Part shown: positions 1-7,751 of the stretch, piece by piece | Position numbering within the stretch: position 1 is the stretch's first letter | Layout: every line of letters starts with the position of its first letter | NCBI GenBank assembly: GCA_041640035.1 | Contig: JBEQBC010000011.1 | Location: 1-21,477 of the forward strand | Direction of reading: 5' to 3' | Source: Candidatus Nanohaloarchaea archaeon | GTDB lineage: Archaea; Nanohalarchaeota; Nanosalinia; Nanosalinales; Nanosalinaceae | DNA: 21,477 nucleotides | Notes under the pieces: model-generated | What the model was told of the DNA's origin: nothing | Database searches by the model: none | The model's input: only the letters and a program-made list of their open reading frames with translations | Position numbers and translations under genes: made by a program

Positions 1-90
1 TACTCAGCTATTCGCCCCGAACGAATCGGTGGACTAGCATGGCTAAATCGGACTCCGATAGCAGTAACCTCCGGCAGGATCAACCGGAAT
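1..90 (-). rRNA. rrs: 16S rRNA, 5' end (gene continues off the left edge of the window)
   Basis: Minus strand reads ATTCCGGTTGATCCTGCCGGAGGTTACTGCTATCGGAGTCCGATTTAGCCATGCTAGTC..., the conserved archaeal 16S 5' terminus. Confidence 0.98.
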
Positions 91-410
91 TGCTCCAAAT
101 GACTTGGAGGGTTCTTGACGGGTATTTCTAAAATGTGATGAAACGGAAAGATTCCAAATCTTTCCAGTCAAGTAAACTGCATACAGAAATCTGTATGCGG
201 CTACATAGTTGAAACACGAGATATGTGTTTCGTGGTCCGTCTCTCCTACATCACGTAATATTATTTTACTACGCTCATCATCGTCCTCTCGGACTATCCC
301 CCGAGTACTCTCGTGCCGGGTAACAACACTGTCTAAGTTAAACCTTATAAATGGTCAAGACTTAGACAGCAAGTCGCAGACAGAGTCATCATGTGTCGTC
401 TGTCCGCATG
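91..410 (-). ncRNA. pre-rRNA 5' external transcribed spacer (structured leader); upstream boundary approximate
   Basis: Lies between a TATA box (430-437) and the 16S 5' end and has no credible ORF. It contains several perfect or near-perfect hairpins (93-109, 145-165, 179-198, 211-231, 329-338 with 360-369) and two ATGATGA motifs on the minus strand (275-281, 386-392). Confidence 0.8.
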
Positions 411-429
411 CATGAACATAGTTCAAAAC

Positions 430-444
430 TTTATATAGGGTTCG
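430..444 (-). promoter_or_regulatory. rRNA promoter (BRE + TATA box)
   Basis: Minus strand CGAACCC-TATATAAA immediately after the stop codon of the upstream gene and ahead of the rRNA leader. Confidence 0.7.
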
Positions 445-447
445 ATT

Positions 448-1104
448 CTATGAAATTGAGTTCCACTTTCTGAGTGCGTCTTCCTGGTGCTCAGGCATCA
501 CTTCGAGGGTTATTTTTCCGTCGAATTTTTGCTTCACAACTTTGATCAGTTTCTCCATATCGATATCTCCTTCTTCAAAGCCTAGTCCGTCCTTTCTCAT
601 GGTTGAGTCGCACAGATGGATTACTGAGATCTGCTCTATGTAGTTATCTAGCAGGTAATTCAGGTTCTCCAAGAAATCCTGGTCCGAAGTCATGTACAGG
701 TGAGCAGTATCCAGAACCATTCTGTGACCCTGATCTAGAATGAACTCCTCAAGATGTGGAATGCTGATACCAGGATTGTTCTCGTAGCCGTAACTTGAAC
801 TGAAACCAATCTCCTCAAAACCAGGGATATCATTATGGTGACCATACATCGTGTGGATAACCAGTTCTGCATCAAGCTCTGAAGCCAGTTCATCGCTCAG
901 TTCAAAATACCGGGTTCTGTCCGGCTTCACATGTGGTGTATGGATGGAACTGATGTTTAGGCTTGATTCCTGACAGTTCTGAAGAGATTCCTCAAAGTTA
1001 TCCAGATGTTTCTTCTCCAAGTACAGTTCGGTGTTGCTAAATCCCTTTTTCTCTGTATTTTCCAGTTCTTCTTTTTCTGGAGGACATTTTCCGGCTACTT
1101 TCAT
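448..1104 (-). CDS. Xylose isomerase-like TIM barrel protein (sugar phosphate isomerase/epimerase or AP endonuclease 2 family)
   Basis: 218 aa, acidic. Metal-ligand pattern YEN...LDTAHLY...IHLCD...GEGDID-like...TLEV is typical of this superfamily. Substrate cannot be inferred. Confidence 0.7.
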   Translation of the reverse strand: MKVAGKCPPEKEELENTEKKGFSNTELYLEKKHLDNFEESLQNCQESSLNISSIHTPHVKPDRTRYFELSDELASELDAELVIHTMYGHHNDIPGFEEIGFSSSYGYENNPGISIPHLEEFILDQGHRMVLDTAHLYMTSDQDFLENLNYLLDNYIEQISVIHLCDSTMRKDGLGFEEGDIDMEKLIKVVKQKFDGKITLEVMPEHQEDALRKWNSIS

Positions 1105-1130
1105 AATCTAAAGATGGAAGGTGAGAGGTT

Positions 1131-2351
1131 TTATCCTCTGTGTTCCATCGTTTCAACTATCTTCTTTGCTCCCATGATGTATGCGGCATCCCTACCGTAT
1201 AGATCTTCATCTTCCCGTAATTCTTGGAACTGTCTGTAGGCGTTCTGGATGTTCTCTCTCAGCTTTTCGAGTACCTTTTCCTTCTCCCAGTAGTCTCCGC
1301 TCCGGTTCTGCACCCATTCATAGTAGGATACGGTTACTCCGCCAGAGTTAGCAAGGATATCAGGGATCATCTCCACACCATTCTGCTCAAGCACCTTATC
1401 AGCCTCCAAGGTGGTCGGCCCGTTCGCTATCTCTACAACGAAATCAGCTTCTACATCATCCGCGTTATCCTCTGTGATGACATTTTCCAAGGCGGCTGGA
1501 AGCAGGAAGTCGACATCCAAGCCTAGAAGCTCTTCATTACTGATGTTTTCACCCATCTTACATACGGTCCCGTGATCTCTCTTGCATTCCTTGAGCTCGT
1601 TGAAACTGAAACCTTCCTCATTGTAGGTTGCTCCTCCTGAATCAGAGACAGCAACTACATCTACACCCATCTCTTCCAGTTTCTCCACTGCAGGTGCAGC
1701 TGCGTTTCCGAATCCCTGAACTGCTGCAGTGAGGCTTTCTGGATCCATTCCTCTGTCTTCGATTATTTTCTCTATTATGTATGCTGCACCGTAGCCTGTT
1801 GCTTCTGCTCGGCCTTTGCTTCCGAATGCTTCGACAGGTTTGCCGGTAATGACTCCCGGAACCAGTTCGCTCCGGTTCTGGCTGTACTCATCCATCATCC
1901 ATGCCATATGCTTGCCTCCTGTGTTCATATCGGGAGCAGGTACATCTTTGTTCTCCCCAACTATCTCGGAGATAGAGTTAATGTACTCTCTGGAAAGTCT
2001 TTCCTCTTCTTTTTCTGAAAGTTCTCTGGTGTCTACTTTTACCCCTCCTTTTGCTCCTCCGAACGGTATATCAGCTACAGCGGTCTTCAGACTCATCCAG
2101 AGGCTTAATGCCTTGACTTCGTCCTCGTTTACCTCTTCTGAGAATCTTATACCTCCTTTTCCAGGACCTCTGGTATCAGAGTGCTGGCTTCTGTAACCTG
2201 TGAAAGACCTCTTCTCTTCATCATCCATCTCTACCGTGAAGCTGGTCTCCACGAATCTGTCAGGGCGGGAAAGCTGCTTGTAGTATTCTTCTTTACCAAG
2301 ATGTTGAAGCGCGTTCTTCAGGTTCTGTTTTGCATCATCGAGTTCAGACAT
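1131..2351 (-). CDS. gdhA: Glutamate dehydrogenase (Glu/Leu/Phe/Val dehydrogenase family)
   Basis: Motifs GPGKGGIRF, PFGGAKGG, DVPAPDMNT, TGKP...GSKGR.EATG, QGFGNA, EIANGP, PDILANSGGVTVSYYEWVQN. Confidence 0.96.
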   Translation of the reverse strand: MSELDDAKQNLKNALQHLGKEEYYKQLSRPDRFVETSFTVEMDDEEKRSFTGYRSQHSDTRGPGKGGIRFSEEVNEDEVKALSLWMSLKTAVADIPFGGAKGGVKVDTRELSEKEEERLSREYINSISEIVGENKDVPAPDMNTGGKHMAWMMDEYSQNRSELVPGVITGKPVEAFGSKGRAEATGYGAAYIIEKIIEDRGMDPESLTAAVQGFGNAAAPAVEKLEEMGVDVVAVSDSGGATYNEEGFSFNELKECKRDHGTVCKMGENISNEELLGLDVDFLLPAALENVITEDNADDVEADFVVEIANGPTTLEADKVLEQNGVEMIPDILANSGGVTVSYYEWVQNRSGDYWEKEKVLEKLRENIQNAYRQFQELREDEDLYGRDAAYIMGAKKIVETMEHRG

Positions 2352-2419
2352 AACAGAAAAGTAGTTAGTTAAGGTGTCTTTAGTAAGGATCAGTTACCCA
2401 GAGAATAGTTACCTAGAAG

Positions 2420-4459
2420 TCAGCTGCAATCGGTGTAGCTACCGCTTATACCGCTTCCTTCCTGAGCTGTGTCGGTGACTTCTTGACACAAGTATTCGCC
2501 GCTGCTGTAACTGGCCTGGAACCGGATTGTGTAATCTGATCCGTGTTCACCGCTTTGAGTGTATGTGTCGGAACCTGAGATACCCTCCCAGTTACCTCCG
2601 GGAATATTTCCGTTGAATGTTACATTAGCAGTATCCAGGTTGTTATTAGGGTCCGAAGCACTCCAGTCAACCTGGTAAGATGCTTCATTCTGTCCATTAC
2701 AGCTGTTTCCGCCTGTACATCTGCTTTCATCTGTGACTGTGAAATCTGTTATCGAAGGCTGTGAGCCACCTCCGCTTCCAGGATCTTCGCCGTTCGCAGT
2801 TACTTCTGTGGTTTGTGAGTCAACTACGATTCCATCTGTACTGTATACATCTATGGTTATGTTGTATGTGTCTCCCCCAGTCCATCTATCGTAAGTGAAG
2901 CTGTCGGATGTCTGTGTGCTTGAGAAAGTTTCGTCCGACCAGTCGTTCTCTAGGTTGTTGAATGTTACCTGAGTCTGATCATAGTTCTCTGTATTGTTTA
3001 CTGTGTAGCTTACATCGAACTGGGTGCTGCCGGTATCCGAGGTTGAATCTACTATATCATAACTTTCTAGGTTTGGAGTATTCGGACCGGTTCCTAGGTC
3101 TGATGGATAGAATGTATTCTGCCCATCTGCTTCATCATTCAGAGTTACTGAGTCGGAGGTATCTCCGTTATCATCTATCAGGTCTACTGTTATGTTGTAT
3201 ACCTGATTATCTCCAGGGAACTGATCATAGTTCACAGTTCCAACAGGCGACTGTGTGCTTGTCTTTGTCTGATCTGCCCACTCGTTACTTCCGCCTAAAT
3301 TGTCGAACTCTATGCTAGCCTCTTGGAAGTTGGCTGTATTACCGACCTCATACTCAACATCATAAACGACATCTCCGCCCTCAGTACTGTCTTGAACTAT
3401 TACACGCTCTATTACAGGTTCTTCTACCAGTGTGATTGTTTGAGTCAGGGTTTCTCCTTCAAATAGAACTGATACTTCGTGATCTCCGGAGGAGTATCCT
3501 GCCAGGCTTACATCTGTAAAGCTGATCCGCTGTGTTTCACCGTCGTTTACTGTTATCTCTTGTGTTTCCTCTGTGTTCCCATCTATCTGTAGTTCGGCGG
3601 TCGAGGTAGTGCTTCCTTGAGAGCTAACTGCTTCTGCTGATACATCGATTACGCCTCCTACCGCTGCTTCGCTTGGAGCGTTCAGGTTTTGAAGGCTAAT
3701 CTCTGCAGCGGGTTCTGGTATGTTTATAGTTCCTGTTTCGCTTCCGTTACTGCTTGAAAGCTGTAAATTGTATTCTTGGCTGTCTGTGAATGTCTGGCTG
3801 TATGTCCGTGTTACGGTTTCATATGAGGATAGTGTCAGTGTTTCTGAGTTTACTTCTGTGCCGTCTACTGTCAGGCTTATGTCCTGTGTTCCTTCTCCAC
3901 CTGTGTTCTCGATCTGGTAGTATATCGTGCTTTCTTCTCCTGCTGGTGCTGTATCCACGCTTGTGATATCTGTCTGGAAGTTTGGACCTATCTCTGTGCT
4001 TTCAACTATTTCTGCGGAAGCTGTGATGCTACCCCGCGCTTTCTGGTTGGGAAGAACATCTCCTCTGTCGTACACAAGGGTTACATCCATCGTGTTACAT
4101 GCATCTGAGCTTTCTACGCCTGAGACTTCCACTACCTGTGACTGTCCTGGTTGAAGGGTTCTGTCCAGTGAAAGCGTTCTCTGACTGGTTTCCTCATCTC
4201 GGTCCTGTAGAACAACTCTGGTAAGGTTCTGTGTGTACCCCTGCGGATCGTTGTTCTGGATATCCAGTTGTAATGTAGGTCGGTCAGCTGTCAATCCAAA
4301 ATCCTGTACCTGTGCACTGTAAAGAGAGAAACCGGATACCTGGCTGTTGCAGAAGCTTGCGCCGGTTGAGCTGTAGATTACTCCTGATACCATGGCGACT
4401 GCTGCGAGCATCCATCCATATGTTGCAAGATATTCTATAGCCGCCTGTCCTTTTCGCAT
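2420..4459 (-). CDS. Large surface protein with class III (type IV pilin-like) signal peptide, CARDB/Ig-like domains and three C-terminal ~100-aa repeats
   Basis: N-terminus MRKG|QAAIEYLATYGW followed by a hydrophobic helix (Q+1/E+5 pilin cleavage pattern). IENTGG...ISLTVDG CARDB-like motif. Body is Thr/Ser/Asp-rich with a beta-strand pattern. TATA-like TTTAAA at 4489-4494. Confidence 0.8.
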   Translation of the reverse strand: MRKGQAAIEYLATYGWMLAAVAMVSGVIYSSTGASFCNSQVSGFSLYSAQVQDFGLTADRPTLQLDIQNNDPQGYTQNLTRVVLQDRDEETSQRTLSLDRTLQPGQSQVVEVSGVESSDACNTMDVTLVYDRGDVLPNQKARGSITASAEIVESTEIGPNFQTDITSVDTAPAGEESTIYYQIENTGGEGTQDISLTVDGTEVNSETLTLSSYETVTRTYSQTFTDSQEYNLQLSSSNGSETGTINIPEPAAEISLQNLNAPSEAAVGGVIDVSAEAVSSQGSTTSTAELQIDGNTEETQEITVNDGETQRISFTDVSLAGYSSGDHEVSVLFEGETLTQTITLVEEPVIERVIVQDSTEGGDVVYDVEYEVGNTANFQEASIEFDNLGGSNEWADQTKTSTQSPVGTVNYDQFPGDNQVYNITVDLIDDNGDTSDSVTLNDEADGQNTFYPSDLGTGPNTPNLESYDIVDSTSDTGSTQFDVSYTVNNTENYDQTQVTFNNLENDWSDETFSSTQTSDSFTYDRWTGGDTYNITIDVYSTDGIVVDSQTTEVTANGEDPGSGGGSQPSITDFTVTDESRCTGGNSCNGQNEASYQVDWSASDPNNNLDTANVTFNGNIPGGNWEGISGSDTYTQSGEHGSDYTIRFQASYSSGEYLCQEVTDTAQEGSGISGSYTDCS

Positions 4460-4515
4460 CAGTTAGTCTTGTCTTTGATATGCTTGGGTTTAAATCTATC
4501 ATAATGGCCTATAGG

Positions 4516-5271
4516 TCAGAATATCAGTAAGTATAGTCCTGCTGGTATCAGGAACAGGCTTACCAGTATCTTCAGTTTCTTTGCTTCGGTGTTCTGTGCG
4601 ATATACCAGCCGATCAGCTGTGAAACAACATACGGAATACCTATCATAACTGTAAATTCTGGTGAGTAGTCTCCTGAGGTTGCGTAGTTGATGGCTGAGG
4701 AGGATGTTACAAGTACGCCCTGTACGAGTCCCGCACCGATCGCTTCCAGTACTGGTATGCCAAGCGCTATCAGCAACGGTATGGTTATTGCGGGTCCTCC
4801 GATACCGGTAAGTCCGCCTATAACTCCTACTCCGAAACCTAATGCTGCTAGTATTATTTTTCCTCTGTTATTTTCGGTCTGAATCTCGATGACTGGTTTG
4901 ATGTCGTTTGTTTCTCTGTAGACAAGTATGGATCCGAGTATAACTGTAAGGAGGCCGATTATGTTGCCTAGGATCCCTTTGTTGAGGAATTGGTTAAGAT
5001 ATACTCCTGTAGGTGTTCCGAAAATGGTCGGAACGGCCATGTAGTAGATGAGGTCTTTTCTTATGTCGCCCGAGTATGCGTAAAGTGCTGTAGCTGTGAT
5101 GGTTGCTGCTGTGAAAATAGTGCTGGTAGTACCTGCCTGAATGGCCGCGTTCAGATCAGTTAGGCTCTGTAATCCCAAAATTACCGGAAATCCTCCCGGA
5201 CCTCCCAGACCGGCTATAACGCCTCCAAAAACTGCTAGTAAAACAAAAATCAGTATCGTACCGGTCAACAT
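4516..5271 (-). CDS. Sulfite exporter TauE/SafE (DUF81) family membrane protein
   Basis: About 8 hydrophobic helices in two repeats, each with a Gly-rich motif (GVIAGLGGPGG; GVIGGLTGIGGPAITIP) followed by A.GT/A.GA. Confidence 0.85.
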   Translation of the reverse strand: MLTGTILIFVLLAVFGGVIAGLGGPGGFPVILGLQSLTDLNAAIQAGTTSTIFTAATITATALYAYSGDIRKDLIYYMAVPTIFGTPTGVYLNQFLNKGILGNIIGLLTVILGSILVYRETNDIKPVIEIQTENNRGKIILAALGFGVGVIGGLTGIGGPAITIPLLIALGIPVLEAIGAGLVQGVLVTSSSAINYATSGDYSPEFTVMIGIPYVVSQLIGWYIAQNTEAKKLKILVSLFLIPAGLYLLIF

Positions 5272-5318
5272 AAACAGTTCTTGGTTATTCCGGAATTAAA
5301 TTATGATTTGATGGTTAG

Positions 5319-5393
5319 GGCGGAGGGCGGGATTCGAACCCGCGTCCCGACCGCCACAAGGTCGGAGTATAGACCAGCTAACCTACCTCCACC
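5319..5393 (-). tRNA. tRNA-His(GTG) with genomically encoded G-1; full CCA not encoded
   Basis: Cloverleaf: acceptor GTGGAGG/CCTCCGC, anticodon stem CGACC/GGTCG with loop TT-GTG-GC, T arm GCGGG-TTCGAAT-CCCGC, discriminator C73, extra 5' G at 5393. No intron. Confidence 0.97.
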
Positions 5394-5431
5394 ACAAAAA
5401 TATGATGTGGTCTTAAATGTACTCTGCTCCT

Positions 5432-5605
5432 TTATCCGAGTTGGATCAGGAGTGTGACGATTATGGCTGCGCTCAGTGTCATTGCGGCCGCGCCTGTGTA
5501 AAGGTAGTGTTCGCGGCCTTCGGTATCCTGGTTGTTTCTGTATAGCGGTAGACCGATCAATGCGAGGCCTACTGCGGCCAGGAATGTGGCGCCTGTTAGT
5601 ACCAT
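5432..5605 (-). CDS. Small two-helix membrane protein (57 aa), absent from the ORF track
   Basis: Manual translation: MVLTGATFLAAVGLALIGLPLYRNNQDTEGREHYLYTGAAAMTLSAAIIVTLLIQLG*. Two hydrophobic segments flank a polar loop, an SD-like GTGAT lies just upstream of the ATG, and the ORF fills the gap between sRNA and tRNA. Confidence 0.7.
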   Translation of the reverse strand: MVLTGATFLAAVGLALIGLPLYRNNQDTEGREHYLYTGAAAMTLSAAIIVTLLIQLG

Positions 5606-5634
5606 TGTTTGTGTATCACATCGTTGGAAGTTGT

Positions 5635-5713
5635 TTGGTCAGCGGGTGTTCTCGTCATCATCTCCTCTTGAGGTTTCGAGGTCAGTCGATGTCAGTCCGC
5701 TTTCATCATCCAA
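5635..5713 (-). ncRNA. Box C/D 2'-O-methylation guide sRNA (double guide)
   Basis: Minus strand: TTGG-[C ATGATGA 5709-5703]-AAGCGGACTGACATCGA-[D' CTGA 5685-5682]-CCTC..GAGG hairpin-AG-[C' ATGATGA 5661-5655]-CGAGAACACCCG-[D CTGA 5642-5639]-CCAA. All four boxes are consensus, there is a 4-bp terminal stem, and the D guide is 12 nt. Confidence 0.88.
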
Positions 5714-5734
5714 TAAGTCAAATGTGGGGCGTTA

Positions 5735-5750
5735 CTTAGAAAAACCCTTC
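5735..5750 (-). promoter_or_regulatory. Putative promoter of the C/D sRNA
   Basis: Minus strand GAAGGG-TTTTTCTAAG (purine-rich BRE-like plus TATA-like) about 30 nt upstream of the sRNA 5' stem. Confidence 0.45.
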
Positions 5751-5754
5751 CCTT

Positions 5755-7698
5755 TTACCCGAGATCCACTCTTTTCAGTAGCTGGGCGTTGAAAGCCACG
5801 ATAATCGTGGAAAGCGACATTATCAATGCGCCAATAGCTGGCTGTAATGTGAATCCGATAGGTGCTGCGACTCCTGCGGCTAGCGGTATTGCGAACGCGT
5901 TGTATCCTGTTGCCCAGAACAGGTTCTGTTTCATCTTTGAGTAGGTTGCCTCACTGATCTTCATGATTTTCACGACGCCTAGTGGACTGTCGTTCACCAA
6001 GACGATGTCTGCGGATTCAACTGCTACATCGGTTCCGCTTCCGATGGCAACCCCGATATCTGCGCGTGTCAGTGCTACTGCATCGTTCACTCCATCGCCT
6101 ACCATCATCACTTCTCCGTTTTCCTGTAGCTCCTGGATCTTCTCATCCTTTTCATCTGGTAGTACTTCAGCAAACCAGTTGTCGATTCCGAGTTCTTCTG
6201 CTACGGCTGAAGCAACATCTTCGGAGTCGCCAGTTATCATCGCTACATCGATACCCCTGCTGTGTAGTTCTTCGACCGTTTCACGGCTTTCATCCCTGAT
6301 ATGGTCGCCGAGAGAGACAGCACCAAGGACTTCATCTTTCACAAGGTATACTACTGTTCTTCCTTTCTCACCTTCCCTTTCTTTGAACTCTTCGTACTTT
6401 TTTTCGACTTCCAGCTGTTCTAGCAGCTTTGGTCCACCGGCGTAGTAGGTCTCGCCGTTGACATCTGCTTTGACTCCTTTTCCTTTGATAGCTTCGAAGT
6501 TCTCGGTTTCAAGAGTCTCCAGATCTTTATCTTCAGCTTTCTCTACGATTGCTTTGCCGATTACATGTTCTGAGTTCTTCTCGATTGAGGCAAGCTTCTC
6601 AAGGTTTTTGTCGCTGATTTCTTTGTTCTCTACTTTCTGTTTTCCTTCTGTCAGTGTTCCTGTCTTATCGAAGGCTACTGTGTCGATCTCTCTTGCCTGT
6701 TCCATGGCTGTCCGTTTGCGGACTACTACTCCGTTCTTTGCGGATAAGGCGGTACTGATTGATACTACTAAGGGTATTGCTAGGCCGAGTGCGTGTGGAC
6801 ATGCGATTACAAGTACGGTTACGACTCTTTCTAGGGTTGTGAGTCCGAGTCCTGTTGCGAGCGTCCATGCTACTCCTGTAACCAATGCTGATCCGAGTGC
6901 GATGTAGAAGAGCCATCCGGCGGCTTTGTCGGCGAGAAGCTGTGTCTCGGTCTTGTCTTCCTGTGCTTCGTCAACCAGCTTCATGATTCCGGATAATGCT
7001 GTTTCGTCGCCGGTTGCGGTGATCTTTACCCGGAGCGCTCCTTCCTGGTTGACGGTTCCGCCGATCACTTCGTCCCCTTCTGATTTGGAGACGGGTTCGG
7101 ATTCTCCTGTAATCATCGATTCATCGACTGAGGAGTCTCCTTCAACTACTTCTCCGTCAGCTGGTATCGAGCTTCCCGGCCGTACAAGCACTTTGTCACC
7201 TTCTTCCAGTTCTGAAACTTCTACTTCTTCTGTTTCATCTTCTCCTACTATTTTTTCTGCTGTGTTCGGTACAAGGTCTTTGAGTTCGTCGAGGGCTGAA
7301 GATGCCTGGCGTACTGATCTCATTTCGATCCAGTGGCCGAGCAGCATGATGTCGATCAGTGTTACTAGTTCCCAGAAGAATGAGGAGCTGCCTGGTATTA
7401 CCAGTGAGGCCATGCTGTAGGTGAATGCTACGATTATGGCGAGTGAGATCAAGGCCATCATGCCTGGTTCTCTGTCTTCCAGCTCTCCTTTCGCCATCTT
7501 CAGGAATGGCAGTCCTCCGTAAAGGAAGATCACTATGGAAAATACTGGTACGATCAGGTTACTGCCTGTGAATTGTAGGGAGGTGTATCCGAGTAGTCCT
7601 GATACGAAGGTACTGAAGTAGAGTACGGGTATTGATAGTAGTGTGGAGATGAAGAACTTCTTCTTGAACATTTTTTCGTGGTGTTTGTGGCCGTCCAT
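5755..7698 (-). CDS. copB: Copper-translocating P1B-type ATPase (CopB / P1B-3 type)
   Basis: TGES, CPH in the transmembrane site ([10 protein letters not shown]), DKTGTLT, SEH, TGD, GDGVND, YN and MSLST in the final helices. The His-containing N-terminus is very short. Confidence 0.92.
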   Translation of the reverse strand: MDGHKHHEKMFKKKFFISTLLSIPVLYFSTFVSGLLGYTSLQFTGSNLIVPVFSIVIFLYGGLPFLKMAKGELEDREPGMMALISLAIIVAFTYSMASLVIPGSSSFFWELVTLIDIMLLGHWIEMRSVRQASSALDELKDLVPNTAEKIVGEDETEEVEVSELEEGDKVLVRPGSSIPADGEVVEGDSSVDESMITGESEPVSKSEGDEVIGGTVNQEGALRVKITATGDETALSGIMKLVDEAQEDKTETQLLADKAAGWLFYIALGSALVTGVAWTLATGLGLTTLERVVTVLVIACPHALGLAIPLVVSISTALSAKNGVVVRKRTAMEQAREIDTVAFDKTGTLTEGKQKVENKEISDKNLEKLASIEKNSEHVIGKAIVEKAEDKDLETLETENFEAIKGKGVKADVNGETYYAGGPKLLEQLEVEKKYEEFKEREGEKGRTVVYLVKDEVLGAVSLGDHIRDESRETVEELHSRGIDVAMITGDSEDVASAVAEELGIDNWFAEVLPDEKDEKIQELQENGEVMMVGDGVNDAVALTRADIGVAIGSGTDVAVESADIVLVNDSPLGVVKIMKISEATYSKMKQNLFWATGYNAFAIPLAAGVAAPIGFTLQPAIGALIMSLSTIIVAFNAQLLKRVDLG

Positions 7699-7728
7699 AG
7701 ACCCGGTTTTTGGCCTGGAAAATTAAAA

Positions 7729-7749
7729 ATGTATCACTATATGATACAT
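7729..7749. promoter_or_regulatory. Perfect inverted repeat ATGTATCA-N5-TGATACAT; candidate operator in the divergent copB/regulator promoter
   Basis: 8-5-8 palindrome in the 53-bp gap between the copB ATG (7698) and the regulator ATG (7752). ATGT...ACAT ends resemble PadR-family operators. Confidence 0.7.
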
Positions 7750-7751
7750 GT

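Noticed and set aside
93-369. Cluster of palindromes resembling a CRISPR array, MITE or REP elements
   Set aside because: The hairpins share no repeated sequence or regular spacing and are explained by pre-rRNA leader structure.
209-415. 68-aa plus-strand ORF
   Set aside because: It is antisense to the rRNA leader, and its composition is unlike the acidic proteome.
5610-5620. Half-sites similar to the PadR operator (TGTATCAC here; AAAATGTATA at 8832-8841)
   Set aside because: These are single half-sites only. The first coincides with the SD-like GTGAT and the second with a TATA box, so chance is sufficient.
5432-5713. Minus-strand frame TTG-DDESGLTS...NTR-TGA-PNNFQ... runs in frame into the 57-aa ORF, suggesting UGA readthrough or selenocysteine
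   Set aside because: The TGA is the D box (CTGA) of the C/D sRNA, the acidic-looking codons come from the ATGATGA boxes, and the small ORF has its own SD-like motif and ATG.
5476-5792. Plus-strand ORFs 5476-5739 and 5532-5792
   Set aside because: They are antisense to the sRNA and small membrane gene, are not acidic, and have no recognisable motifs.
5963-7420. Long antisense ORFs over copB (and similar ones over gdhA, mrp, lplA and the P2A ATPase)
   Set aside because: They are Ser-rich shadow frames produced by the Glu/Asp codon bias of the real genes.
7710-7751. TTG-started N-terminal extension of the PadR regulator
   Set aside because: It would leave 11 bp for two divergent promoters and would run through the operator palindrome.
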